Virus record (IMG/VR): IMGVR_UViG_3300025018_002313
Length of the DNA stretch: 49,071 nt
Strand: one strand, 5' to 3'
Origin: a virus
Program-made: the position numbers and the translations under genes
Notes under the pieces: generated by a model
Seen by the model: only the letters and a program-made list of their open reading frames with translations
The model's database searches: none
Told to the model about the DNA's origin: nothing
Shown here: in pieces, positions 38,701 to 47,862 of the stretch
How the letters are laid out: each line of letters opens with the position of its first letter
Position numbering within the stretch: the stretch's first letter is position 1

Positions 38701-40188
38701 TTATAGATACTGATGTGCCGCGCCAGGAACGAAGCCATCGCCTAGATCCTTAACAACGATTACATGGTAGTATAGATCAGCACCAAAGATGTGATCAACA
38801 ACACCGTAACGAGTCATAAGACCAACACGTGGGCTCATATCGTTTGGACCGATTGTACGCTGTACCATAACTGGGATGTATGGGCAGTACACGATACCTG
38901 TATCGTAATATTCAGAACCCTTATATCCGAGCAAGCAATACTCAAGACGGGTTGTACGCTGGGTCTTATACCCTGGATTACGCATCCATGGCTGTTGAGC
39001 CTCGGTACGTGTATCACGGTAAACCGTGAAGCGTCCGGCGAGTACACCAACCTTAGACACACCAACCTGTTGGGTTGAAACTGTGCTATTTACTGGCATA
39101 AACTTGAATTCAGGAAGCATTTCCATGATTGTGCAAACTGTTGGGGTTGCAACGATGAAGTTAGCAGCACCACGACGGTTACGAACAGCAATACGATTTG
39201 CTTCGATTAGAACCTTCTGATAGAAATCACGGTTACGTTCACCCAACCAACGTGCGTCAGCAGAGATAGGAGTCCATGTGGAGTATCCATAACCAGAGCC
39301 TGCATTAAGAGCGATCTGAATCATTCTCATGATCATTTCACGGTCAATTTCGGCCTGAATTTCGTACGACATTGCATTGGTAAGCTCGTTATCAATATCA
39401 ATACCGTTCATGTTCTTAAGATCTTGCTCGAGCTCGACCGACCATTTTGCTGCCAGACGACGTGTACCAGCTTCAACAGCTGTCTTCTCGAATTCAATGG
39501 TCATCTGTGGAATCTGACCAGTCATTTCATAATTCGATAGCCACTCTGCAACACCACCATCTTCTGGCATAAACTCGAAGTCAGAGGCTGAGCCTAGACC
39601 CGATAGGTATGCGGACGATGTACCAGTATAACGAGTGTCAAGGAAGTTGTAGCCAACCTCTTTGCCATCTGCTGCAGCCTGCGCTGCGCTACGGTACTCA
39701 TCTGGGTTTGTTGCGTCGTAAGTACGGCGTGATGGATCCTGCCAATCAAGGCTTGCACCATCATAACGGTAGCGGAGTGCGAACGCAAGTCCGACCGGGC
39801 CGCTCATTGGCTGCACACCAACGATTTCGTTGGTTATTAATTCTGGGAATGTACGACGAATCATCGGGATAAGTACTTTTGGCAGACGAGCATCACCCGT
39901 TGCGTAAAAGTCTTGGTTACCGACGTTACCGCCCTGATTTCCAACTGTTGCTGGCGAAGCACCATATCCGAATACGGACCCTGGACTTCCTGCTGCTGTC
40001 GTTTCTCTTAAACAGTAACGCTCTTGGTTTTCCAAGAGGATCGCTGTATTCATTCTTGTGTGCTCGTTTTCGATTGGCGCAACTGTTTTGGATTCATAAT
40101 TCAAAACTGGGTCCCATTTTTCAAGGAGTGTCTGCGCCTTACTAGAATCGATATAAGCTGCACCTGGATTTATGTCTTTTTGTCTCAT
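38701..40188 (-). CDS. gp23: major capsid protein, T4 gp23 family
   Basis: 'NEIVGVQPMSGPVGLAFALRY' vs T4 'FDICGVQPMNSPTGQVFALRAVY'. 'GYKGSEYYDTGIVYCPYIPV' vs T4 'GYKGPNEMDAGIYYAPYVAL'. 495 aa. Confidence 0.95.
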   Translation of the reverse strand: MRQKDINPGAAYIDSSKAQTLLEKWDPVLNYESKTVAPIENEHTRMNTAILLENQERYCLRETTAAGSPGSVFGYGASPATVGNQGGNVGNQDFYATGDARLPKVLIPMIRRTFPELITNEIVGVQPMSGPVGLAFALRYRYDGASLDWQDPSRRTYDATNPDEYRSAAQAAADGKEVGYNFLDTRYTGTSSAYLSGLGSASDFEFMPEDGGVAEWLSNYEMTGQIPQMTIEFEKTAVEAGTRRLAAKWSVELEQDLKNMNGIDIDNELTNAMSYEIQAEIDREMIMRMIQIALNAGSGYGYSTWTPISADARWLGERNRDFYQKVLIEANRIAVRNRRGAANFIVATPTVCTIMEMLPEFKFMPVNSTVSTQQVGVSKVGVLAGRFTVYRDTRTEAQQPWMRNPGYKTQRTTRLEYCLLGYKGSEYYDTGIVYCPYIPVMVQRTIGPNDMSPRVGLMTRYGVVDHIFGADLYYHVIVVKDLGDGFVPGAAHQYL

Positions 40189-40215
40189 AATAATTTTCTC
40201 CGTGCTTAAAGAGGT

Positions 40216-41130
40216 TTAACCTCTGTGTGATCTATCCTGTTGTTTTAGGCTTTGTAGATATTCGGAAACAGCTCCTTCGTTTTGGTCTGCACTTTCCTGG
40301 ATAAGTTCAACATCTTTCTTAGGCATATCGACCTTGTTGGTCATGACCTTAGTTTTCTTCTTAGCGTCCTCCGCCAAGACGTGTTGATTTTCGTTCTCGT
40401 CCTTTTCGAACATCTTAACTACATAATCAAAGTTCTCTGTAATATAATCAGGGTCTTTTCCGGATAATACCCTCATAACATAGTGTTTTTTCGTCTTATC
40501 GAAATTCTTCGTGATACCTTCAAGAATTAAGCTTGACTTTGTAGTCTTCACTTCTTGGTTGAGCTTAATGTTCTGCTTTACAGCTTCATTAAGTTCATTC
40601 TTTAGAGCATCAATCGTCTTTTTACCGTCTGCAACTGCTTCTCGAATTGTATCATTTACATATTCTTCATCAATTGCAACTAGGCTCTTAATTTCATCGA
40701 GTGTTCTCTGAGCCTGTCTGTTTGAAACAGCCTCTGCAATCTCACGCTTCGGAACTGCATCCTCGAGATAAAGGTCTAGGTAATTGGACAACTGCTTTAC
40801 TAGTTGCTTTTTAAAGTTGCCAGCATCTTCTTTAATAAGTGTTTGATTCTTCTTAATCAAATACTGTAACTTCTCTGTATGGTCCTCGTCTAACTTTTGT
40901 AGTACACCTGTAAGTTTCTGTGTGTGATCTCTATCGATCGCCTCAAGTAGTTGAGAAAGTTGCTTTGTATGCTCTTCGTCGAGCTTTTCAAGTGCGGACT
41001 TTACTTCTACCTCAAGTCGATCCGTAGCACTCTGTTCGACAGCTTCGTTAAAAGCATCGATTAGAAGTGTTTTAGTATCTTCAGATAAAACATCGGTACC
41101 AATCTGGTCAAGAACATCTGTAATCTTCAT
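40216..41130 (-). CDS. gp22: prohead core scaffold protein, gp22-like
   Basis: 304-aa acidic, Lys/Glu-rich, all-helical protein directly upstream of gp23. The N-terminus 'DAFNEAVEQ' echoes T4 gp22. Confidence 0.7.
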   Translation of the reverse strand: MKITDVLDQIGTDVLSEDTKTLLIDAFNEAVEQSATDRLEVEVKSALEKLDEEHTKQLSQLLEAIDRDHTQKLTGVLQKLDEDHTEKLQYLIKKNQTLIKEDAGNFKKQLVKQLSNYLDLYLEDAVPKREIAEAVSNRQAQRTLDEIKSLVAIDEEYVNDTIREAVADGKKTIDALKNELNEAVKQNIKLNQEVKTTKSSLILEGITKNFDKTKKHYVMRVLSGKDPDYITENFDYVVKMFEKDENENQHVLAEDAKKKTKVMTNKVDMPKKDVELIQESADQNEGAVSEYLQSLKQQDRSHRG

Positions 41131-41133
41131 TGT

Positions 41134-41298
41134 TTATTTCTCCTTTGATAAATTCTTCCTAATTAGGTTCTTGACTTTTTCTTTAACGGCTGAGTCAAGA
41201 CATGCATTTGCACTAGCTAGTTCGCCGTTACAAACATGGTTTATAAACTCACGAATACAGCGCTCATCTGCGGACTCTTTAATAATTTTCTTTCGCAT
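41134..41298 (-). CDS. possible small Cys/His-containing ORF (54 aa) between gp21 and gp22
   Basis: Below the track cutoff. ATAGGAGTATTCT-ATG RBS. 'C-x6-H-x-C-x9-C' spacing. Its 3' end carries the gp22 SD (AAGGAGAAATAAACA-ATG). Confidence 0.35.
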   Translation of the reverse strand: MRKKIIKESADERCIREFINHVCNGELASANACLDSAVKEKVKNLIRKNLSKEK

Positions 41299-41345
41299 AG
41301 AATACTCCTATATTTTTAAATACTTATGGTTCTTAAGAGATATTT

Positions 41346-42038
41346 TTATGCGTTCTTGAGGGCTTTGAGTATATCAAGAACAGCATTTCTGATTTTTTCT
41401 TCTCTTGCAACAGAATGTCTAGGTAAAGAACCTAAACTTGTTTCAAACTTATTATATGATTCAGTAATTGACCCATCAAAATTTAAGATCCATTCTTTTG
41501 CTTCCATAATACCGTTTACAAATGCTTGTGCACCGTTAGGGCCAGCGTTTACTGAAGGATCATGCACAACATCACAGCAAATTAAATGAAACCCATTTAC
41601 TTGATGTGACCCATCGCCCATAGGATTTAGCTTGCCTAAAGCTCTAGATGAAATTCCAAGCTTCACTCCATCCATAATTAAACTGCGAACTACCTGTCCC
41701 ATAGGATTAGATAAAACTTTCGACTTACCTAAAAACACATTATTTTCTTGCTTTAGTTCGGTGACCATATGACATGCTCGCTCTGGATTTACTTCAACTG
41801 AAGCAGGGTGATTAAGTTCGCCGAGTGACCTGTTTTGTGTAACCATTTCTGAAATGTATCTATGTACTTCTGGTACCATTTCATTCAATGTATAAATGCG
41901 GCCATTTTTATTCTTTTGCTCAGCCATTAAGTACGGCCCGCGAATGTACATTGTGCTTGCTTCTTTTGAATTTTTCTCATCGAGTAGTACATCGTACTCG
42001 TAAACTGGTTCTTCAATTAACAGTTTTAACGGTGTCAT
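41346..42038 (-). CDS. gp21: prohead core protease gp21-like
   Basis: 'SLGELNHPASVEVNP' vs T4 'ALGELNHPPRANVDP'. 'GISSRALGKL' vs T4 'GVSSRGLGSL'. Track ORF (to 42152) trimmed to the Met of 'MTPLKLLIEE', which has an AAGGAGATTA SD. This removes the overlap with the next gene. Confidence 0.9.
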   Translation of the reverse strand: MTPLKLLIEEPVYEYDVLLDEKNSKEASTMYIRGPYLMAEQKNKNGRIYTLNEMVPEVHRYISEMVTQNRSLGELNHPASVEVNPERACHMVTELKQENNVFLGKSKVLSNPMGQVVRSLIMDGVKLGISSRALGKLNPMGDGSHQVNGFHLICCDVVHDPSVNAGPNGAQAFVNGIMEAKEWILNFDGSITESYNKFETSLGSLPRHSVAREEKIRNAVLDILKALKNA

Positions 42039-42094
42039 AGTAATCTCCTTTAAATTATTTATCTCTTTATGTCCAAAAATACTCAATAAACCAT

Positions 42095-42538
42095 CTATCG
42101 TAAATCTTTTTCTGTAAGTATTGCAAAGTGGTATCCGTTTTTCTGGCACCATGCTTTAGCAGAATCCCATTTTTGTTGATTTACTGCCCATTGTATTTGC
42201 TCATATAAAATCGTAGATCTCTTTTTATTTTTACTTGTTTTAGGTGGTACTGCTTGAGTACTCGGCTTTACTTCAATTAGATATTTCTTAACACCGTTTG
42301 GTGTTTTCATTTTAATATTACCATCAACAAAATATCTATGAGTTTTACCATCTTTTGGACTTATATACGGTAACACAACGGACTCTGAACCGAAACTAAT
42401 AATATTTTCATTGCGATCGCACCATCGAAGAAAAGATAACTCAAGACCGCTTCGATACACTATAGGCAAAGTCCCTTTATATTTTTCAGGATGCTCAGGA
42501 TGGTATATACCTTGTTTATATGGATTTTTTCTTCTCAT
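42095..42538 (-). CDS. TnsA-N-like PD-(D/E)XK endonuclease (147 aa)
   Basis: 'SGLELSFLRWCDRNENIISFGSESVVLPY...DGKTHRYFVDGNIKM...KKYLIEVKP...AKAWCQKNGYHFAILTEKD' follows the TnsA_N / restriction-endonuclease-like pattern (E ... D ... E-V-K, then Y-x-F-x-i-l-t-e). No SD upstream of the ATG. Confidence 0.5.
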   Translation of the reverse strand: MRRKNPYKQGIYHPEHPEKYKGTLPIVYRSGLELSFLRWCDRNENIISFGSESVVLPYISPKDGKTHRYFVDGNIKMKTPNGVKKYLIEVKPSTQAVPPKTSKNKKRSTILYEQIQWAVNQQKWDSAKAWCQKNGYHFAILTEKDLR

Positions 42539-42627
42539 TTAAAATATTTAAAAATTCTTCAAAATTATTATCTAGAACTAAACAAAAGTTATATCCAGCA
42601 TCTATTTCTACAGAAATATGTCCCCAC

Positions 42628-43095
42628 TTACCAACTAGGTAAATAGCTACCAGTAGAAAAGCTTTCTTCTAGGGCATCGTCTTCGTCTTTCTCATCTTCA
42701 GTATCGTCCCCTTCAGCTTCTTCCTCGGTGGTCTCATCTTCATCATCTGTTTCATTTTCAGACTCTTCATCTTCGATCTCCTCGTCCATGTCATCGCCTA
42801 TTTCAAGTGCAATTCCTCCGAGACCTAGTCCGTCGCCATCGCAGGGCATATCTACGCCAGTTACACTTACTTCGCCTGCTATACCTAATTCATTCTCAAC
42901 TATAGTTCTAAGCGAATCAAGCGCAGACTGAATAATTTCACTAATATTACCACCGATTGGGCCTGATGTACCTTCAATTGCTTGCTCAATTGCTTCTTCT
43001 GCATTCTCTTTAAACAGATCAACAAGGATCTTGTTATACTGTTTCTGCAACTTATCTATTTTACCTGATATTCCAGTTTTCTTTTCTTCTTTCAT
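42628..43095 (-). CDS. acidic prohead core-like protein (155 aa) with a poly-Asp/Glu C-terminal half
   Basis: 'DDMDEEIEDEESENETDDEDETTEEEAEGDDTEDEKDEDD'. Sits in the gp67/gp68 position relative to gp21, but the assignment is positional only. Confidence 0.5.
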   Translation of the reverse strand: MKEEKKTGISGKIDKLQKQYNKILVDLFKENAEEAIEQAIEGTSGPIGGNISEIIQSALDSLRTIVENELGIAGEVSVTGVDMPCDGDGLGLGGIALEIGDDMDEEIEDEESENETDDEDETTEEEAEGDDTEDEKDEDDALEESFSTGSYLPSW

Positions 43096-43118
43096 TTTAT
43101 TCTCCTAAATAATACAGC

Positions 43119-43988
43119 TTAAAATATAGCTGTTGTAATATCATAAAACGCTTCATCTGATGCAACGTCTTGTAACTCTCCTAACTCTTTCAACGGTGTG
43201 ATAAAAATCTCATTTGTCTTTGGCTCTTCTGTTAATTCGATCATTCCTAATTGTTTTAATCCGTGAAGAAGTCTGTAAAATCGATCTTTAAAGCTTGTAA
43301 AAGATCGGCCGTATGAACCTTGTTTATTAGGCTTTTCCGTCTGTTTTAAATTTCTATACATCTTATGTAATTCATCGGAAAAAATACCTTTGCTGGATAA
43401 TCTAGGGTCTTTTCCGCTTTTACTATACCTAGTTAATTTACTTAATGGTACTGTGTTTCCTATCCCCACTGCTTGTAAAATTTCCGCATACAATTTAAAT
43501 AGAAAATCTCTTCTACCCTGTACTGGCATTCTTTTTCCGCCGGTCTTCTGTATTACTCTAATATCTTCATTTTCTAATACACGACCTATATTAGGTGATA
43601 AACGTACTCCTTGAAGCTTGTGTATTTTACCGTTTCTCCATGCTGATTTAAACCGACCGGATGCATTATATGGAAGCCCGTATTTCCTATCCTTCGATCT
43701 AATTTTTCCGGTATATACATCATTCGTTATAATCCAAAAATCTCCTTCTTTTATTCGATTCTTATATTCATCTCTTACATTATCTGATTCATCTCCCCAA
43801 AAACCTTCTTCATAATAGTATTCGTCATCTGGTATATCCCATGTCTTCCATCTAACAAAATACCAAACAGAACTATTATACCCCTTTATAAGGATATAAT
43901 ATCTAGTATAAACAGTATCAAAATAATCTTCGAATAACATTATATTACCCCAGAAAGAATCGAGCAGGTGTAACTTCTCCATAGCCAT
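43119..43988 (-). CDS. hypothetical basic protein (289 aa) with a C-terminal HTH-like segment; alternative start at 43940
   Basis: Lys/Arg/Tyr/Trp-rich. The C-terminal 'SFKDRFYRLLHGLKQLGMIELTEE' looks like a DNA-binding helix. Overlaps the upstream gene by 44 nt unless it starts at Met-17 (43940), which directly follows that gene's stop. Confidence 0.5.
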   Translation of the reverse strand: MAMEKLHLLDSFWGNIMLFEDYFDTVYTRYYILIKGYNSSVWYFVRWKTWDIPDDEYYYEEGFWGDESDNVRDEYKNRIKEGDFWIITNDVYTGKIRSKDRKYGLPYNASGRFKSAWRNGKIHKLQGVRLSPNIGRVLENEDIRVIQKTGGKRMPVQGRRDFLFKLYAEILQAVGIGNTVPLSKLTRYSKSGKDPRLSSKGIFSDELHKMYRNLKQTEKPNKQGSYGRSFTSFKDRFYRLLHGLKQLGMIELTEEPKTNEIFITPLKELGELQDVASDEAFYDITTAIF

Positions 43989-45285
43989 TCATTAGCTCTT
44001 CTTCTAGTGCCTTCTTTTCTTCCAATCCTTGTGATAGTAAATCGTTATAATTAATAACACCACCGCCGAACATTTGTATATTCTGGTACTTACCGCGAAT
44101 ATTACCGATTGCTATTTTCGTAATAGCCAAAGCATAATGTTCAATCCATCGCTCCATAATTAAATCACGTATAGGCTTCTCTACCCAAGCACCCACACAT
44201 CCATAATATCTCTGCCCTCTATTAGGTGCAGGTATAATTCTAAGTAACTGATTACGATTATCAAAATCAATATATGGAACTTGAGCAAGTACCTTCTTTC
44301 TTAAATCCAACCAGCCTTTCATAACTTCCCAAGTTACTAAATCGAACCCTACGTTACCCAACATATAACTAAAATATGTCTGCTGTGCCATAGCTTGTTC
44401 AAGTGTGAACAAAGTATTAATTCCTGTAGACTCTCCTTGCTCAAACCCGAATATATTTATAACTTTTCTATAATCGGCCAGATCGTAATCCCAACAAGCT
44501 GATGCACCGTCAAATAAAGTCTCCGCCAATGCAGGGGTAATTGAAAAGAGTTTATCAATTCTTAATCCAGGCTCAGAATATAAATCAGAATGAAATACTA
44601 AGTACTCTTCTGTAAATCCAGCATACTTTGTATACCACTCGATTGCCTTGTCTATAAAATCGACAATCTGTGAATCTTCACATACTTCAAGATTAACAAA
44701 CGGTGCACCAAGCTGATATTTTATACGGCTAATTAAATTTCCATACGTTTTGATCTTACTATTTAAATTTGTACTTCCACCTGGCTCATTAATACTAATA
44801 CGCTCGTCCTTTGTTGGAGTGTACATAGCAGTGTCAATCTTAATTGAGTCCATTGCTACTGTAGACGTAAACGGAAACACGGTGGAATACATCATCAACG
44901 GTATACCGTACCCTACGTTGTTTACTTTTAATGTTACATATCTACCAGTGGATGAAAGCTGTGAGACGATAGTAGGGTTTGTAACATTTATTGGTGCCGC
45001 TCTATTTGACTGCGCAATCTTGTATAGTGGTAAACCATACCCAGATGTATTAACAGTTGTTGCTAATGCAGCTCCATAACTTGTTGCACTTGTAACTAAA
45101 GTTACGTTTTTAACGTCAATATCTGTTCTTTCAAGTTCAATAATATCCATACTTGGAACGGATGCGGTGAATGTAAAAAGTGGCATTCCTACCTTCTTCT
45201 TGTTTACTTCTAATTCAAGAAAGTATTGAGATGAAGTAGTTCCTGTTACTATTGTACTATTTCTAAATTGTAATACATTGCTCAT
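43945..45285 (-). CDS. hypothetical virion/structural protein (446 aa)
   Basis: Long ORF with Thr/Ser/Val-rich beta-type N-terminal half and a helical C-terminus. Not recognisable as a portal. Confidence 0.6.
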   Translation of the reverse strand: MSNVLQFRNSTIVTGTTSSQYFLELEVNKKKVGMPLFTFTASVPSMDIIELERTDIDVKNVTLVTSATSYGAALATTVNTSGYGLPLYKIAQSNRAAPINVTNPTIVSQLSSTGRYVTLKVNNVGYGIPLMMYSTVFPFTSTVAMDSIKIDTAMYTPTKDERISINEPGGSTNLNSKIKTYGNLISRIKYQLGAPFVNLEVCEDSQIVDFIDKAIEWYTKYAGFTEEYLVFHSDLYSEPGLRIDKLFSITPALAETLFDGASACWDYDLADYRKVINIFGFEQGESTGINTLFTLEQAMAQQTYFSYMLGNVGFDLVTWEVMKGWLDLRKKVLAQVPYIDFDNRNQLLRIIPAPNRGQRYYGCVGAWVEKPIRDLIMERWIEHYALAITKIAIGNIRGKYQNIQMFGGGVINYNDLLSQGLEEKKALEEELMNGYGEVTPARFFLG

Positions 45286-45294
45286 ATTCGATCC

Positions 45295-45807
45295 TTACTT
45301 GTTTGCGTAATACCCGGTGTCAATGAAATCAACAACTATTCCTCTTTCATCGTCCTTCACAGAAGACATACCTGGTAGATTGTACCAATTAACGAATAAG
45401 TTACCCCAAAGATTATTATGCCATGGAGGTGTTAGTTTTAATCTATATTCGATATCATGCGCTACTTCATGCTCTTGTACAGCATCACTGTAATCATTGT
45501 AGTCGTCAGGGCTACATACTACCCAGCATTGACGGTTTCTATAGTTATACCACCCCCCAATCCATGCACCATTATGTTCCGGGAACGGTGATCTAACTGC
45601 CCACATATAGTCAAATTTTTTGCTACCTTTCGTCAGATAGTACTCTCTTCTGTTGTCGTCTTTATATTTTGGATGTGTATTAGTTTTTATTTTTTGAATA
45701 GCATTGTTTGCGTTACCATAACAACGATATAAATTTATACCTTCTCCATGTTTTAATTTCTTTTTTGCTAATCCAAAAAATACTAATATATTGTAAAATA
45801 ATCTCAT
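45295..45807 (-). CDS. small protein with N-terminal hydrophobic segment and an HExxH motif (170 aa)
   Basis: 'MRLFYNILVFFGLA' looks like a signal or anchor. 'VQEHEVAHDIEY' contains HEVAH. Trp/Tyr/Asn-rich. Confidence 0.45.
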   Translation of the reverse strand: MRLFYNILVFFGLAKKKLKHGEGINLYRCYGNANNAIQKIKTNTHPKYKDDNRREYYLTKGSKKFDYMWAVRSPFPEHNGAWIGGWYNYRNRQCWVVCSPDDYNDYSDAVQEHEVAHDIEYRLKLTPPWHNNLWGNLFVNWYNLPGMSSVKDDERGIVVDFIDTGYYANK

Positions 45808-45894
45808 AACTCTCTTTCTTATTAACTGTTATTGTTGTGTATCTTCTTGAAGTATTTAGTTAAACAGTGCTTAAATCGTGTATTTGTGTTTCTC

Positions 45895-47862
45895 TTAAAT
45901 ATTTGTACGCTTGTTGAACTGATCCAGATACAACGATTGAGGGGTAAGGGTATTCCCGTTGCCCTTACCTTCAACAAAATCTAGTGGTTCTGTATTATTA
46001 GTAGCTGGGTTTAAATTATTAACATCTGGACATTCTGCACACGTACCGATTACATAACCATATCTCCCCTGTTCAGTCTCAACTGTATACAAATATTCGT
46101 TTTCGCTAGATTTCATATTCCATACAACACAATGAGCCGCCGTTAGTCCGTGAGGTATTGTTCCGAAATTCATTCGGTGCTTAAAAGAGAAGAAACTATC
46201 AATTACTGTACATCCGTCCAATAGATTACTATGCGAGAAATGTAAATGATGGCCACTTGATCTTGATCCTGCAACATATCCATCAATTCCCGACAGCCCT
46301 GTAGCTCTTTCTGTTCTCTTGTCTGTACATCCGAATAAGACGATACCCGAGGCATTTGCTGTTGATATTAAAAATCCGTGTCTATTGAATTCAGCGATAC
46401 AGTTCTTAACAAGAATATCATTAGACCTTAATACAAACATACAGCCATTACCACCACCACCATATTCTGTTCTTTGAAAATAACAATCCTCTAATGTTAA
46501 CTGGAAGCTGTTGTCTACCTGAATTCCATTTGACAATATATGACACGTAGAGGTTGAATTAGATGCTGGCTGATAAGTGTAAACACGACGAATCCATGAA
46601 TCATAAGAATCATACATTTTTATTACATAACTACCATGCACTTCGTACCCTGTGGTTCCTTCGACAAGCCAATCGTCATTGCCAAATCCTCCAGTAGTAT
46701 TTTCTACATTGCCTATTGAAAAATCTTCTATCCCAACTTCCGATAAAAATCCTGTCGTTCTTAAAACACGCGCATTATCTCTTTGGAACATTGAATATCT
46801 AGTTGGCACGTCGATAGTAATGATATTATTAACATAATCAACAGAAACAACTTTACGAAAATAATTACATGGCTGAGGATATCCGTTCGTTGAGTTCCAG
46901 TAAGCTTCCTGACCGTGATCTGCAACCCAACCATCTGTAAAATCCCACTTCAATAGAACTATATCCCCTGCTGAATAAGCTGAAGAATCCGCGACAGGAA
47001 TTATTTTTGTTGGGCCTGTCAAATCGGATACAATTAATGTTTCATCACTTTCTGTAACAGAGGTACTTACATTTATAATACTCTTTAGACGCATATTTGT
47101 TTCGGTGTTTAGAATATATGTTGAGCCTACTCCCTCACCTCTTAGTATGATATTATTTGACGTTATACTGAGACAATGTGAATTGACACCTGGCGATATA
47201 CTATATGTTCCTGATGGTAGATACACAACTCCGCCTCCTGCTAATGCCGCCGCATCAATTGTATCCTGAATTGCTGATGTAGAATCAGTAGAGCCAGTAT
47301 TATCAGCACCATAGTCTACTACGTTAAATACAGAAGTTGAGGGTGATGGAATTGCTTCTTCTCCCTTCTTATATCCTGCATATGAAAAATCTTGAATAAA
47401 TCCATCTGTGTAGAAACTATTAGTATCAGTTGGTGGTGTCCAATCTGAAGGATACAAAGTTGATTCCCACTTTGTCCCATATGGAGGAGAATTTTTATAT
47501 GGATGGTCACTAGGTAATTTACTAACCAATCCCCACTTCCACGCCAAATAGCCTTCTGTTTTTTCCCTAGTAATATCATCCGCAGAATGAATAACTATCT
47601 CACCTATTTTAACCTTACAGTAATTACCACTAGTATTATCCCCACCTAAATATAGTCTATCAACACCTATATAATCGACAGTTGTTTCGTTTTCCCTTAG
47701 ATTTCCGTTTGCGTATACAATACTGCTTGTGCCCTCTGCAAAAAGTGTAGATATATTTGCCGGTGTCCATGCCGGTGTCCATGCCGGTCTTTCATCAATA
47801 TACAACCTTGTAGTATTTGTATACCACCTTGTAGCATTTGATATAGAGATACGATTACTCAT
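45895..47862 (-). CDS. tailspike / polysaccharide depolymerase with pectate-lyase-type right-handed beta-helix (655 aa)
   Basis: 'VVDYGADNTGSTDSTSAIQDTIDAAALAGGGVVYLPSGTYSI' is the canonical start of pectate_lyase_3-type tailspike helices. AAGGAATAA-ATG RBS. Contains the tandem 'PAWTPAWTP'. Confidence 0.75.
   Translation of the reverse strand: MSNRISISNATRWYTNTTRLYIDERPAWTPAWTPANISTLFAEGTSSIVYANGNLRENETTVDYIGVDRLYLGGDNTSGNYCKVKIGEIVIHSADDITREKTEGYLAWKWGLVSKLPSDHPYKNSPPYGTKWESTLYPSDWTPPTDTNSFYTDGFIQDFSYAGYKKGEEAIPSPSTSVFNVVDYGADNTGSTDSTSAIQDTIDAAALAGGGVVYLPSGTYSISPGVNSHCLSITSNNIILRGEGVGSTYILNTETNMRLKSIINVSTSVTESDETLIVSDLTGPTKIIPVADSSAYSAGDIVLLKWDFTDGWVADHGQEAYWNSTNGYPQPCNYFRKVVSVDYVNNIITIDVPTRYSMFQRDNARVLRTTGFLSEVGIEDFSIGNVENTTGGFGNDDWLVEGTTGYEVHGSYVIKMYDSYDSWIRRVYTYQPASNSTSTCHILSNGIQVDNSFQLTLEDCYFQRTEYGGGGNGCMFVLRSNDILVKNCIAEFNRHGFLISTANASGIVLFGCTDKRTERATGLSGIDGYVAGSRSSGHHLHFSHSNLLDGCTVIDSFFSFKHRMNFGTIPHGLTAAHCVVWNMKSSENEYLYTVETEQGRYGYVIGTCAECPDVNNLNPATNNTEPLDFVEGKGNGNTLTPQSLYLDQFNKRTNI

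Noticed and set aside
44452-44459. Minus-strand TATAAATA octamers inside coding regions, for example within the 446-aa gene and at about 20592
   Set aside because: Roughly ten chance occurrences of this AT-only octamer are expected in 49 kb of this composition. Only the intergenic, gene-proximal copies were kept.
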